Below are positions 51,405 through 64,000 of a stretch of DNA of 64,000 nt, in pieces (positions within the stretch are counted from its first letter, which is position 1; every line of letters begins with the position of its first letter). A program made the position numbers and the translations under genes. Source of the stretch: Nemertoderma westbladi (Eukaryota; Animalia; Xenacoelomorpha); contig JAUCBJ010009066.1 in NCBI GenBank assembly GCA_032718475.1, positions 17,389 through 81,388 on the forward strand, in the 5' to 3' direction. Below the pieces are notes generated by a model. The model was given only the letters and a program-made list of their open reading frames with translations. It did not search any database and was not told the DNA's origin.

Positions 51405-52512
51405 TGGTCAAGACGACAAGGCTCGGGTCCCTATTGGATTAACAGCAGCCAATAAGCAGGCTCCACTGCTAATGAATGTTGAATATAAGGTTTCTCTTCC
51501 TGATCACGATTGGGTTGTGGCTGATAAACATAAACTGATACCTTCAGTTTATTCTGGAATCGTAATCCAGCCGGATGGTTTTGGTAGACCGGAATGTATT
51601 GGTTATTCAGGTCCCACATATATTGCAATTAGATCTGGAAAGCACTGTTCCTCCACTGCATATAGCCATTGTCGTGACTTGGTTATTCAGGTCCCACATA
51701 TATTGCAATTAGATTTGGAAAGCACTGTTCCTCCACTGCATATAGCCATTGTCGTGACTTTGAAAGACTCCTTACTATACCTGAATTTGATACAGTTACT
51801 AAAGATAGCTAGGTGAATATTGCAAAGCCCGTATTTATATTAACCGTCGATGGGGGGCCGAACGAAAATCCGCGCTTTCAAAAAGTCATTGAGGTTGCAA
51901 TCCACCATTTTATAACTCAAAAATTGGATGCACTTTTTGTGGCAACAGATGCCCCGGGACGTAGTGCATGCATTTAACCGTGTTGAGCGACGCATGGCTC
52001 CACTTAGCAGGCAACTTGCGGGCCTGATTCTACCACATGATACTTTTGGCAGCCATCTAGACCATCGAGGTCGTATATACCACTGACGCGGATTTGGAGA
52101 AACGCAACTTTGGGAATCAATGGGAACTGCATAACTTTCCGTCAATATTTATAAATCAATCAGTGTGTAAAGAGAAGGACTGCAACATTTATTTCGCGTC
52201 AAAAACATTATTAAAATTTCATACTAACGTCGTACATGGCGCAGATGATGACTATTTAGCACTGCCCGCCATTAAGGAGGACATACAAACGATTGACTAC
52301 GGACGATTATCGGTGATTAATATAAATGAACATTGTCTTGTCCTTGGGACAATGTAGATTAGTGTTGGCATAACAAACACTGTGTGAAGGCCAGGCCTAT
52401 TATTGAAATAAAATATTTTTTGTCTAAGGGGGGGGGGGGGGGGGGGGGGGGGGGGTATACATTTACGATAAAAAGGGGGGTGGGTCCAAAAACTGAAAAA
52501 TTTGCGTGACAT
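51405..52512 (+). mobile_element. Decayed Zator-like (TP36-related) DDE transposase, 3' part
   Basis: QDDKARVPIG...LPDHDW...KLIPSVY, then VDGG..ENPRF and FNRVERRMAPLS in broken frames; internal 80-bp tandem duplication at 51601-51760; near-identical to 63645-64000. Confidence 0.65.
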
Positions 52513-52619
52513 ACATACTATTGTTTTTCATTCACTGGCTAATTTAACTTGGCTCAGAGAACTCTAGCTGAGAAGTCTCTAGCAGAAAGGGTCTATTTTG
52601 TCTTAATTCAATATTTTCT

Positions 52620-53445
52620 AAAGTTCCCGTTTATTGATTTCTCGCTGGCCAAACATCTTCTTGATGCACTGATAGAGCCAATTTTATCGAATTATTTTAT
52701 TTCAACGAATGTATAGATAGCTATGGACAGATTGGTTTTGAAGTTCCTACAACATTTCCTAGGTGTGAAATCGTCAACAGCTTATTTTGCGGCATATGAT
52801 GAAACTGGATACTTTCCTTTGGTGATTGATTGGAAATTACGGATCATTAGGTACTGGTTTAAGCTCTTGAAGAGGCTAGGTTACCAAAACAGTTATACAA
52901 CATACTGGTGGAAGGTACGGGTGAGTTGTTGGGCTGGGCGGCTTCAGTCAGGGGTCTGCTTCATTCCTTGGGGTTCTCATGGTTATGGAATGACCAGAGC
53001 AATTGTATTGACAACGAGAATGCAATTATCCTAGAAATTAAATTAAGGTTACAGGATCAATTTATTCAGACCTGGTGGGGATCTATCCGTGATTCTTCGA
53101 AGGGACAGCTTAATATCAAGGAAACTTTTTCAATTGAGTTTTATCTGGATGGACTTGCAGGTCATATTTCTTTTCAACGGCTGTTAGCTAGGTTTCCCTG
53201 TTCCTCCCATGAATTAATGATAGAAACTGGACGGTGGTAAGACATACCAAGGAACCAGAGCTTATGTCCGATGTGTGATAGTGGTCTAGTAGAAGACGAA
53301 TTCTATTTTCTTCTCGTTTGTAACGCTTACAGTGAGATACCGAGTCGTTTCCTGGATATCCGATTCGTCATCTGTCATATGTCCTTCAATAAATAAATTT
53401 CATGGTTGGTTATCAAGAAGTAAAGTCGTGACGTCATCTTAGGCT
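52620..53445 (+). mobile_element. RTE-X-like LINE 3' fragment
   Basis: KFLQHFLGVKSST...ETGYFPL...IRYW, then LARF.CSSHELMIETGRW..IPR..LCPMC...EDEF.FLLVC zinc-knuckle region with stops and frameshifts. Confidence 0.7.
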
Positions 53446-53616
53446 TAGGCAGATACTTACATGGAGCTTACAGATACTTACATTCGAGCTTACAGATACT
53501 TACATGGAGCTTACAGATACTTACATGGAGCTTACAGATACTTACATGGAGCTTACAGAAACTTACATGGAGCTTACAGATACTTACATGGAGCTTACAG
53601 ATACTTACATGGAGCA
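53443..53616. repeat. 21-bp tandem repeat (CAGATACTTACATGGAGCTTA), ~8 units
   Basis: Directly visible, at the end of the LINE coding remnant. Confidence 0.93.
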
Positions 53617-54420
53617 TTTAAGATAAGGCGGGAAAAAATGGGTTGATGGAATGGGGTGTGGAAAAATTAACTATTTTTTCCACGGGTTTTTCTTTTTACT
53701 AAGTTTTTTCTTTCTTTTTTGTTGTTGTTGTTGCTGTAGGGTGGTGCTAATTTGTAATGTAGGACCATCAGCGTTAGCTTGGATTCGAAGCGCGGGGCTT
53801 CTGTAAATGGTGCAGTACGATTGTATTTAGGAGCAAGTACTGTAGGTTATATTGAATATCGTATACAGAGTATATGTGCAATGTTTATAATAAGTGCAAT
53901 ATTATTCTTGGTGGAGGGAATTTGCGTTATTGTGCGATTATATTATGTTGTGTGTCAGCTATGCCATGAGATTGGCAATTGATTGATTGAATCCACTGGT
54001 ATCAAGTAGCGCACTGTATACTGCTAATACTGCTACTATACAGAACCCACAAAAATTACTTTAGCTACCGAGTACATACATTGTTTATAGAGTATGTTAT
54101 TTATTAAAAGAGAACCTGCGGGAGTCCAAACAGCATATAAACGGTAATATAACAACTGCATTATTATTGTGGATGAATAATATCATGTAGTGTAGACCAT
54201 GAAACTAATGTGTGCTCTGTAGTACAGAGTAGGCCATTAGCTACAGTATATTAACCAATATACTGTATATCAACATTGTACATTACAATAATGTAATTAT
54301 CATTCTCATTATTATTTATTATTATTACACTGTATTCAAATTCGTTGATACTTCTGCAAAGCTTGTGTCTATCATACGCAATGAAACACCAGAAATCGTT
54401 ATCTGTTTGTCTGAGAGTCC

Positions 54421-54690
54421 TACTAGGATCGGTATGCTGCATTGCAGTTGCATTATATAATATATTACATATATATATTAAGAATGCAGTGCCGGCTTGT
54501 TGACAAAATTGCACCACCACAACTCCATATCCCAATGAATTTCCCAAGATTATCCCAGTGTCCTTTAAGATGCGTCTCAAGAAAGTCATGGGCTGTCCAC
54601 CATGCTTATTCACTCCATGAGGCTGCCAAAGTACAAGATTATGCACTGGCTGGTCCTCACGGCGAAAGCAATGTCTTTCAATACTCAGAT
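54421..54690 (-). mobile_element. RTE LINE 3'-end fragment (same family as 62101-62790)
   Basis: HNLVLWQP...TFLRRILKDTG and the same 3' end (TACTAG..GATCGG.ATGCTGCATTGCAG on +). Confidence 0.75.
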
Positions 54691-55414
54691 AGCTGACCGG
54701 TAGGCAAGGAAGTGCTGCCTACCCGTAAGGAAATCTGTCGAGTTTGCAATTGTGAACAGTATTTAACAATCTTCCTCGTTATGAATTTAATTAATTGTAG
54801 TGTCAAAATACGAGCAAGACTCTCCCCTTTCAATTATTATAAGCCGCGTGTGAAATGATTGAGATTTAATGTGTATTTGAATGAATCTAAAATCTCTATC
54901 CATAGAAACAAAGATAAGAAATTATCAGAACACTGCGTAGAGACGTCAAATATGTAGCAGCCGATCACAGCCGATTGTCAAAATTGGCTTCCCGCGTTTA
55001 CTTAACCCGCCATATCGACCGTTTCCTCGTGATTTTAAAACACAAAAACGCACCGCCGCCGCTTAAAACACACCCAGCCACTCGATTCAGGGCATCTTGT
55101 TACCCCTTATTCAATTGTTTCTAGCCCAACAATTTTTTCGCGCACCAACCCTATTAGCTAGTATAAAATGTAATAAAAACTTTTTAAAAGTTGCTGGGAA
55201 TATAACTTTTTAAAAATGTTGCAGCAACTTGTTCGAGGACTCTTGACTTTTTTGTGGACTCTTGAATTTATCCTGTTGGTTTCTCGAAACATCTCGCACC
55301 TACCTTTTTGTCTCAGTAACTACTTCTACTTAGGACAAATTATATTTTCGTGATTATTTCCTCTTTGAATCTCCTAAGTAAATTAATTTCACTTGACCAC
55401 AATTCATTCTTAAT

Positions 55415-55894
55415 TGTGGGGCGAGCCACGAAGTGAGCGAAGCCTTAGCCTATGGGTGCCATTAACGAGTTGTCTGTCGTCGTCGTCGTCTGTCGTCGTC
55501 GTCGTCATCGTAAATAGCAGTTACCCTCACAGTGTCAAGACGTTGCACAGTTATAAAGGTCGTTAGTCTCCGTTTAGAGAAATTATTTTAACACAAAACA
55601 AGACGAGCGCAACGAGGTTAATGACGGATAAGAGTTTTGTAAAACTAAAAACGTCATACTTAACTTAAATAGCCCTAGTTAGAAGAAGGTTTACAAATGA
55701 CAGTTAAAGTGTGTAAGGGCAAACTGATATGGATCTCTATTTTTACAACTAGACTATCACAAACTGATAGCATCGCCTTCACTCATATATATCACTTAGG
55801 AAAGACAGTTTTCGTATATCTAATAGAGTTTAGTATAATGTACTTTCTATTTCTAATATAGGCTTTCGTGCTGCGCGAAGGCCCCACAAACGTG
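55415..55894 (+). mobile_element. DINE-1/Helentron-like non-autonomous element
   Basis: Ends TGTGGGGCGAGCCACGAA...TTCGTGCTGCGCGAAGGCCCCACA are imperfect inverted repeats; internal (GTC)n microsatellite; the same left end occurs at 617-634 and a reverse copy at 43741-44088. Class assignment is by structure only. Confidence 0.55.
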
Positions 55895-56026
55895 TCAATA
55901 AGGTGATTGTAAAAGAAGACGCTGCAACTCGCTGCAATTCGCTGCAACGCAGTTTAGATTGTTCGATTAGAGGGGGTTGCCGCTGAAATTTAGTAATTTA
56001 TGTTTATGAAGACAAGTAATAATATA

Positions 56027-57139
56027 TACCAGCAACACATGAAAGGAGAATCACAGTAAACCAGCAATACATGAAAGGATAATCACAGTATACCTGTATA
56101 GTATATACCAGCAACACATGAAAGGAGAATCACAGTAAACCAGCAACACATGAAAGGAGAATCACAGTAAACCAGTAACACATGAAAGGAGAATCACAGT
56201 AAACCAGCAACACATGAAAGGAGAATCACAGTAAACCAGCAACACATGAAAGGAGAATCACAGTAAACCAGCAATACATGAAAGGATAATCACAGTATAC
56301 CAGCAACACATGAAAGGAGAATCACAGTAAACCAGCAACACATGAAAGGAGAATCACAGTAAACCAGCAATACATGAAAGGATAATCACAGAAAACCAGC
56401 AATACATAAAAGGAGGATCACAGTATACCTGTATAGTGTATACCAGCAACACATGAAAGGAGAATCACAGTAAACCAGCAACACATGAAAGGAGAATCAC
56501 AGTAAACCAGCAACACATGAAAGGGGAATCACAGTAAACCAGCAATACATGAAAGGATAATCACAGAAAACCAGCAATACATAAAAGGAGGATCACAGTA
56601 AACCAGCAACACATGAAAGGAGAATCACAGTAAACCAGCAATACATGAAAGGAGAATCACAGTAAACCAGCAATACATGAAAGGATAATCACAGAAAACC
56701 AGCAATACATAAAAGGAGGATCACAGTATACCTGTATAGTGTATACCAGCAACACATGAAAGGAGAATCACAGTAAACCAGCAACACATGAAAGGAGAAT
56801 CACAGTAAACCAGCAATACATGAAAGGATAATCACAGTAAACCAGCAACACATGAAAGGAGAATCACAGTAAACCAGCAATACATGAAAGGGGAATCACA
56901 GTAAACCAGCAACACATGAAAGGAGAATCACAGTAAACCAGCAATACATGAAAGGATAATCACAGAAAACCAGCAATACATAAAAGGAGGATCACAGTAT
57001 ACCTGTATAGTGTATACCAGCAACACATGAAAGGAGAATCACAGTAAACCAGCAATACATGAAAGGGGAATCACAGTAAACCAGCAACACATGAAAGGGG
57101 AATCACAGTAAACCAGCAACACATGAAAGGAGAATCACA
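56027..57139. repeat. 32-bp tandem array (ACCAGCAACACATGAAAGGAGAATCACAGTAA), ~33 units
   Basis: Directly visible; occasional TACCTGTATAG insertions mark higher-order blocks. Confidence 0.95.
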
Positions 57140-57199
57140 CAAGTAATAAGTATAGAGACGTCATGAAGATAAAGAGTCATTATGGAAATATTTAATTGA

Positions 57200-57889
57200 A
57201 TGAAAAAATATGCAAGCATAAAAATGGAGTATTCCAAAATGGCAATTATAATAGCTATTAGTTTATCATTATTTTATGTAACGAATTGTTTGGGCTGCTC
57301 TTGTGAAATACGGGATACCCTTTTCATAAAGAGCGCGAGCGAAACACTAAAAAAGTTTTTTGACGACGCCTTGATGAACCTCATAGTTACACAGAACGAC
57401 AAATTGTTCAACAGTACAAACCGTATCGCAGTAAACTGCAGTTCTTGCGGTCTCTTGCACTTCAGATTCTCTGGAATTCCGAGTTATGATTTCCAAGAAA
57501 GGGAAGAGGTTAGATTCTATTTCACGACGACATTCTGTTGGGATAAGTGTTTAGAGCTAAACGAAGCAACTTGCACTCTCCAATTCGACATGGCCACTGA
57601 GCCAGGCGCAGAACCCAGTAGTATGACAAATGATTTGTACCTTTTCAAGAGGGTAGTTTCGTGGGTGGAAGGCTCTTTTTCAGAGAAGACAGGCAGGTCC
57701 TGTCAACTACAATGCCGTGACGGGTTCGGTAGCCAATGCCCATCTGTGGCGTGGGAGGATGACTACGTAGCTGAAACCACGCGCGGGAGCCCAATTGTCC
57801 CGGAAACATCCACAGAGAGCGGCTCCGAGAAAGTCTACCCGACCTATCAGCTTGTTGGAATTCTCTTTCTTGGAGTTTTTAGCTGCTAA
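57200..57889 (+). CDS. Intronless Cys-rich secreted, probably GPI-anchored protein of unknown family (229 aa; start may be a downstream Met at 57224 or 57239)
   Basis: Non-repetitive 690-nt ORF in AT-rich DNA; hydrophobic N-terminus MAIIIAISLSLFYVTNC; 12 Cys; S/T/E-rich stalk; terminal hydrophobic stretch with no cytoplasmic tail. Confidence 0.7.
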   Translation: MKKYASIKMEYSKMAIIIAISLSLFYVTNCLGCSCEIRDTLFIKSASETLKKFFDDALMNLIVTQNDKLFNSTNRIAVNCSSCGLLHFRFSGIPSYDFQEREEVRFYFTTTFCWDKCLELNEATCTLQFDMATEPGAEPSSMTNDLYLFKRVVSWVEGSFSEKTGRSCQLQCRDGFGSQCPSVAWEDDYVAETTRGSPIVPETSTESGSEKVYPTYQLVGILFLGVFSC

Positions 57890-58915
57890 TATTACCTGGA
57901 AATCAACTACTTATATGGTGGTGAAGGGTACCTGTATACATATACATTTTTGTGTAAAATTATAATATTATAATAGTTATGTACTTATTTATCCATTGAT
58001 GGTCGGGTTACACATCATGCTTAGGCCTTTAGTAAAAAAATATAAAAATATAGCAGTTTTTTGCAGGTCCGTTTTTTTTTAATTGTATACAATAATTTTG
58101 AGATTTTTATATGTAAATACCTCAAGTGGAAGGATCAGCGCAGGAATGCAGTTAGTTCTCGGTAAAAAAAGCTTCACACAATGCAAATGGACCTACAATG
58201 TAGGGTAGACTACGCAATGTTTTATGGAAATTTCGGGAATGTTACCTTAGGGGAGGGTTACAGTTGCTGAAAAAAACCATTCGTGAAGATGTAATGTACG
58301 AACTATTGTGTACCAAAAATAGCTGTCCCAGTATTTTTGATTATTTTCAAAGTGGTGAACATATAAGGGGTGTTCTCACTCCCTGGCTTACAGGTGCTAC
58401 TATATTACAGGTAAAAATGTGAAAAGAACCATCCGTTGGTCGGTTGGTATTTCCAAGCCTATGCTCAGTAACCCAATGCGATAATAATTAATTAATAGTC
58501 CAGTGATCACTGTCCTACAGCAGGGTCCGATACATGTGATATCACATGTATCGGAACTACGATGGTATACTCACGGTATCCACACTGATAATCTAAAAAT
58601 AGCTTTTGGATTTGAAAATATCATAAAGTTTTGTTGGATTAATTGAAAAATTTCATTCAGTATTGTTTGTGCTGTGCATTGTATGTAGTCCTATATATAC
58701 TTTTAATATATTATTATTATTAATTTATTTATTATTAACTAATTTACCTCGCCTGGAGGCGTATCTTCCGCTCTAAAAAATTATTAATTAATTTATCTGA
58801 TTCTGTAGTTAAATGTAAATCCGTGGTGGTATCTGTTGGTAGATATAATCTATAATTTTTTTTTGAATTAAGTGGTGTTAATTAAATTCCTTAATTTAAT
58901 GTGTAGCCTAGTGTA

Positions 58916-59133
58916 CGGTGGCTGAATGTCGCCACTTTAATATAAAAAATCGTTTCACTTTAAAGGTAGAAGCGTAAAGAAGCAAGTTACAGAGGCGGGT
59001 CGAAAGGAACCAAAACAATAAACGAGAGCTAGGAATATTGTACAAAACCCAATTTAGCTAGGCACACCCGCGGTGATCTTGAAACTTTAAAGTGAAACGA
59101 TTTTTCATATTAAAGTGGACACATTCAGCACGG
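58916..59133. mobile_element. Tc1/mariner-type MITE
   Basis: ~50-bp imperfect TIRs (CGGTGGCTGAATGT..CACTTTAATAT.AAAAATCGTTTCACTTTAAAG) flanked by TA on both sides. Confidence 0.7.
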
Positions 59134-59796
59134 TACTATTGTATTTAAATTTCCAATGGTATAAATAAAAAATATTTAGTTCAAGTTAAAGTAGTTAAAG
59201 TTTGCTTTTGTTGCTATTTTTGATGTGTGCGTTATGTTAATAATCGGGTGTTATAATATACTTTGTTCTTGAAGTAATATGACATTTTGTTAACTTATAT
59301 ATTCAACTTTAACAAAAGTGACAAATCTGAACTAGTATCTCGAATTTACACCATGACCCGTAATAATATAGTGTCATTTTCTGATGACACGGACCCCCCC
59401 CCCCCCCCGAAATTTTTCTACAGATCTTTATCATATTGCTTGAAATTTGAAACACAACTTGTTCAACTCACCGTGGTTGTTACCATGAAGCCGGAATTTT
59501 CGATTTCGCCGTTAAATTTTTCCTATAAGAGTTTTAAAAAAGTGTCTTTTCCGAAATCGCACCCTCTGTTTCATTGCCATTCTTCACTTTAGTCGTAATT
59601 TTTTCACATCAATAGAAAGCTTGCGTTGAAAGGATTCCAAATATGTAACAATATCTGAATTTCGTTGAGAAACGGCTGAGATATAGGCGTTCAAAGATTG
59701 AACGCCTAATTATTGTACGCTGCAGGTTATTGTGTCCTATTGTTTTCACATATCAGTTTTGAATATTATTATTACTTTTGTTCGGTACCGCTTTGC

Positions 59797-60098
59797 AAAT
59801 CGAACTAGTGACCTCCGGGTTGGAAGTCTGACGCAAAAACCATTCAGCTAGCGGCTCAGGTTAAAGGTAAACCTGGAAATACTACCTGATACATTGTATG
59901 TCCGCAATTTACCTCCTCATGGCCTGCCACCTGTCAATAGAATCACCTGCTACCACTATGCTCAATCCTACTGTACTTGGCCGTCTTTAATAACCTGGGT
60001 TCGATCCCACCTGGATGTCATTGCCGACTTTGCAAAGCTGTGCCCAACATAATTAATAATAATATGAAACCACTCATTCACCCAAAACACCAATAATG
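59797..60098. mobile_element. tRNA-derived SINE-like fragments (same family as 2455-2745)
   Basis: ATCGAACTAGTGACCT (minus-strand piece) and GGTTCGATCCCACCTGGATGTCATTGCCGACTTTGCAAAGCTGTGCCCAAC...CACTCATT.ACCCAAAA (plus-strand piece). Confidence 0.6.
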
Positions 60099-61450
60099 AG
60101 TTTTTAATATGGTTCTTAAAGTTTGTCAAGAATATATCATCGACATATGATACTGCTGGATAAGGAGTCTTGGCCCTCTTGTGCTTTACTTCTATTTTTC
60201 CAGCTCTTTTTTTGCTTTTGTTGATAGGAAATAAAGATAAAAAAGATAGGAAGTATACCTTCCTTCTGTATATCGCCGTACAACGAAGCTAAAATATTCA
60301 CATAGTAAATTGGTCTAACAGTTCAAAGTAGAGATGCTCCGATACCAGACAATGTCCCGTATGCATAAAACAATGGTAATTTTACTACGGCGTTTCTCCA
60401 AGGATCGTAAGTTGGATTACAACTATCGTAGCCACGATCCTAGTATATTGGTTGGTATGCATAAAATTTGTCGAGCATACTTTATGAACGCCCCCTAATA
60501 TCTATTACAAAATATATTTACAGCAGAAAACATTAATTGAAAAGGAACACTTTAAAAGTTTATTTGAGATAAATTATTATCAAGCAGAGAACTCACATCG
60601 AGTGATTCAAATAACAAATCACAAGGATGAGGACGAGGAATTTAAATAAATTCGCGATGTGCAGAAAGGACGTCGTATTCCTTCGACTTATGTTCTGTCA
60701 TCGAAATGACACGAAACATAAAAGTGTGATTTATACATAAGTAAAATAGCTATAATTCCTGTTCGAATAATCTGGTTTAAATTTAAACCAAAAGCAACGC
60801 GCCCGTGCCTGTTTTGTTACTTTTATTGTTCCCTTCCAGAGATCCAACAAATTTATTTCATACTTAGTTGTTTTTTTATATATTTTAAAGACTATTAAAA
60901 AAAAATTCATCTAGAACTAAGAAATAAATTTTAAATATATAAATAAAATTAACAAGTCTTTAAACATTTGAAAAGATCTGAAAAAACTAGAAAGTTTTTA
61001 TTGAATGATCTATGATCAAACATAGGGTCTAACATAATTTATCTAGAATAAGCAATATTTAACCGCAGTATATATGATAAATGAAACGAATATAACATTG
61101 TCGTGAAGGTGAATATTATATTTAACAATAAAACTACGTATTTTATGTTAAATAACATATTCACTAAAAGCTCAAGAAATTATATTTACTGAGATTAGCA
61201 ATTTTAACAAAGATTTTAACAATTTTAACACGAGAGGGGGCGTTTGATGAGTGCTGCATTGAGTGCTGCTCTTTTTATGCCAGTTACTGTAGGCCTACAG
61301 TAGTTGCAGACACAAGGATACTGTAACTGTAGGTAGACTAGGCCTACCTAAAATATAATCTAATGTCCGCCACGGTACTAACTACTGTAGGCCTGCACTG
61401 GAACTGGATGTTAAATATTGTTAAATTAGGATAGCAATGCTTAAACAGTA

Positions 61451-64000
61451 ATGGACAAGGATAAGTTATTCAAAAGCCTATACAAGGCATATGAGGCTGT
61501 TCACTCGGACAAAAATAAATCAGTTATACAGAATGAAATCACCAAAATGTGGACAAAACTGAAAACGGACAATGATAGTGTTCAGAAGTTGTCAGATAAA
61601 ACTCAAGAAACTATTTACGAACTTAACAGTACTTTAATGAAGAGGAAAAGTACATTAATGTCGATGTGAGCTAAATTCGGAAATACCAGTTCGACTTGTT
61701 CCGAGGTTCGTGGTTCCGAGGTCACAGAAACTGAAACTTCACAGGCAGTCGCCTGTATCACGGTAACATAACCTACCAGTATCGTAGGTGACCCAGTCTT
61801 TATGGGTACGGAGATTTCAATAAATGCGCCCATGTCCAAAGAACCCACTTTAAACCCAAAATGCCCAGCTCAGGATGAATTAAAAAAAACACTTAGATCT
61901 TGTGAACAGCGATTTGGTCGGATTGTACAAAAGGAAATCTCTTGGTGTAGCTACAATGAAGGATACCGAAATTATGGAGGTAAAAAAGAAAACAAAAAAC
62001 CATTTAGAAGAGAAAGCTAAAGAATAAAATTTATGAACAAAAAAGACAGCAAAAATTTCGTGCCAAACGGAGGGCTGTTTTAATTAAATTGATGAAAGAC
62101 TACTAGTAGGATCGGCATGCTGCATTGCAGCTGCATTTTTAAGAATGCTGTGCCGGCTTGTCGACAAAATTGCGCCGCCACAACTCCCTATCACCCATGA
62201 CATTTGCTAGATCATCGGCATCTTCAAGGCCAGTGTCCTTTAAGATGCGTCTCAAGAAAGTCATGGGCTGTCCACTATGCTTATTCACTTCATGAGGCTG
62301 CCAAAGTACAAGATTATGCACTGGCTGGTCCTCATGGCGAAAGCAATGTCATGCAAAGCGGAGGCGATTTTGTTCTAGTGTCAAGCTTGGGGGAACCAAT
62401 GAGACACCTCCATTGTTATATTGTGTCTGGTTGGAGATGTGTGAATTGTACTTGATACAATGAACCCGGCGTAGCATTCTTGTGAATGTACCATCCAGAG
62501 ATTTGGTGTCCTAGGCAGTTAGAGCCCAGCATGGATTCCCATAGAGGAGTACTGGAACTACTGCTGCTCTAAATAATCGGACCTTAAGTTTCCGATTAAT
62601 TCTCGGTCACTTCCAAATCCTGGAAAGCCTATTCAAGGGTGCCCATGCCTTTCCCTTACGTATTCGAAGGTCCTCACCTGACTTCCGGATCCATGATCCC
62701 AGGTAACATAAGTCGTCCACATGCTCAAGCATGCCATCCTTTGAGCTTATGCTCATCCGATCAGAGACTTGCTGAGGACTTTCAAAGTCGACATTGATGT
62801 CGATGTGGGCTAAATTCGGAAATACCAGTTCGACTTGTTCCGAGGTTCGTTGTTCCGATGTCACAGAAACTGAAACTTCGCAGGCAGTCGCCTGTATCAC
62901 GGTAACAGAACCTACCAGTATCGTAGGTGATCCAGTCTTTATGGGTACAGAGATTACAATAAATGCGCCAAAGTCCAAAGAACCCACTTTAAACCCAAAA
63001 TGCCCAGCTCAGGATGAATTAAAAAAACACTTAGATCTTGTGAACAGCGATTTGGTCGGATTGTACAAAAGGATATCTCTTGGTGTAGCTACACTGAAGG
63101 ATACCGAAATTATGGAGGTAAAAAAGTAAAACAAAAAAACCATTTAGAAAGAAAGCTAATAAATAAAATTTATGAACAAAAAAGACAGCAAAAATTTTGT
63201 GCCAAACGGAGGGCTGTTTTAATTAAATTGATGAAAGACAACCCGAAAGCTAAAGAAGCGAATTCGCGAATGCACTGGTAGACCACGCATAGAGACGAAA
63301 CAACCGTTACTGCTCCAAGCTATTGTCGATATAGCTTTATACGGATCCGCCTCCGATGAAAGGCGTCAATCCGACTTATATAGAAGTGTGAAGACTCTTG
63401 ATGAATTAACTGCACAGCTTAATATGGATGGCTTTGAGATTAGTAGAAGTGGCATATATCTTCGTCTACTTCCACGAATGAGTTCTAGTCATGAAGGGAA
63501 ACGTCACATAAAAACAGTTCCAGTGAAATTAATCCGTGCCCATAATGATAAACATATAAAACATATTGACAGACGCTTTTGCACTGCTACCATTCAACAA
63601 TTGGAGGAAGTAGCTTCATTATTGGGTCCGAAGGATGTTTCATCAGTCAAGACGACAAGGTTCGGGTCCCTATTGGATTAACAGCAGCCAATAAGCAGGC
63701 TCCACCGCTAATGCATGTTGAATATAAGGTTTCTCTTCCTGATCACGATTGGGTTGTGGCTGATAAACGTAAACTGATACCTTCAGTTTATTCTGGAATC
63801 GTAATCCAGCCGGATGGTTTTGGTAGACCAGAATGTATTGGTTATTCAGCTCCCACATATATTGCAATTAGATCTGGAAAGCACTGTTCCTCCACTGCAT
63901 ATAGCCATTGTCGTGACTTTGAAAGACTGCTTACTATACCTGAATTTGATACAGTTACTAAAGATAACGAGGTGAATATTGCAAAGCCCGTATTTATATT
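61451..64000 (+). mobile_element. Second Zator-like transposase pseudogene, interrupted by an RTE fragment, running off the window
   Basis: Broken ORFs 61451-, 62794- and 63388- (ISRSGIYLRLLPR..S.EGKRH..TVPVKL) lead into the DDK...LPDHDW region that is near-identical to 51405-51845. Confidence 0.7.
62101..62790 (-). mobile_element. 5'-truncated RTE LINE fragment
   Basis: LEHVDDLCYLGSWI...IRKGKAW..LNRLSRIWK, then LVLWQP...DTGL...MGDRELWR; short TAG-type tail at 62101. Confidence 0.8.

Noticed and set aside
52427-52455. Long G/C homopolymers (also 3041-3066, ~41955-41973, ~59394-59408) as regulatory G-quadruplexes
   Set aside because: No evidence beyond composition; some lie in TE ends and homopolymer lengths are error-prone.

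Overview
AT-rich eukaryotic (most likely invertebrate animal) genomic DNA, with a 100-N assembly gap at 28958-29057. The main feature is a 7-exon minus-strand ubiquitin-specific protease gene (peptidase C19, USP36/USP42-like). I reconstructed it by hand with GT-AG introns and consistent phases: 47113-46591, 42244-42028, 41491-41285, 37358-37181, 13093-12971, 2997-2865, 2234-1624; 1992 nt, 663 aa. About 36 kb of its introns is three unrelated tandem arrays (30, 42 and ~19 bp units), each starting at or just after a 5' splice site. The 30- and 42-bp units are copies of the exon-end plus splice-donor junction itself, giving roughly 650 donor copies; the exon-proximal units are in frame with the exon. 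Intron 2 shows an incipient version of the same donor duplication, and a probable relic of the original exon-4 end lies 23 kb away at the far end of the 42-bp array. The rest is TE debris (a long-TIR DNA element, hAT/Harbinger/Tc1-type MITEs, Zator-like transposase pseudogenes, RTE, RTE-X and L2/CR1-group LINE fragments, a tRNA-derived SINE, a DINE-1/Helentron-like element) plus one intronless ORF for a Cys-rich, probably GPI-anchored protein. Nearly all ORFs in the supplied track are artefacts of the repeats.
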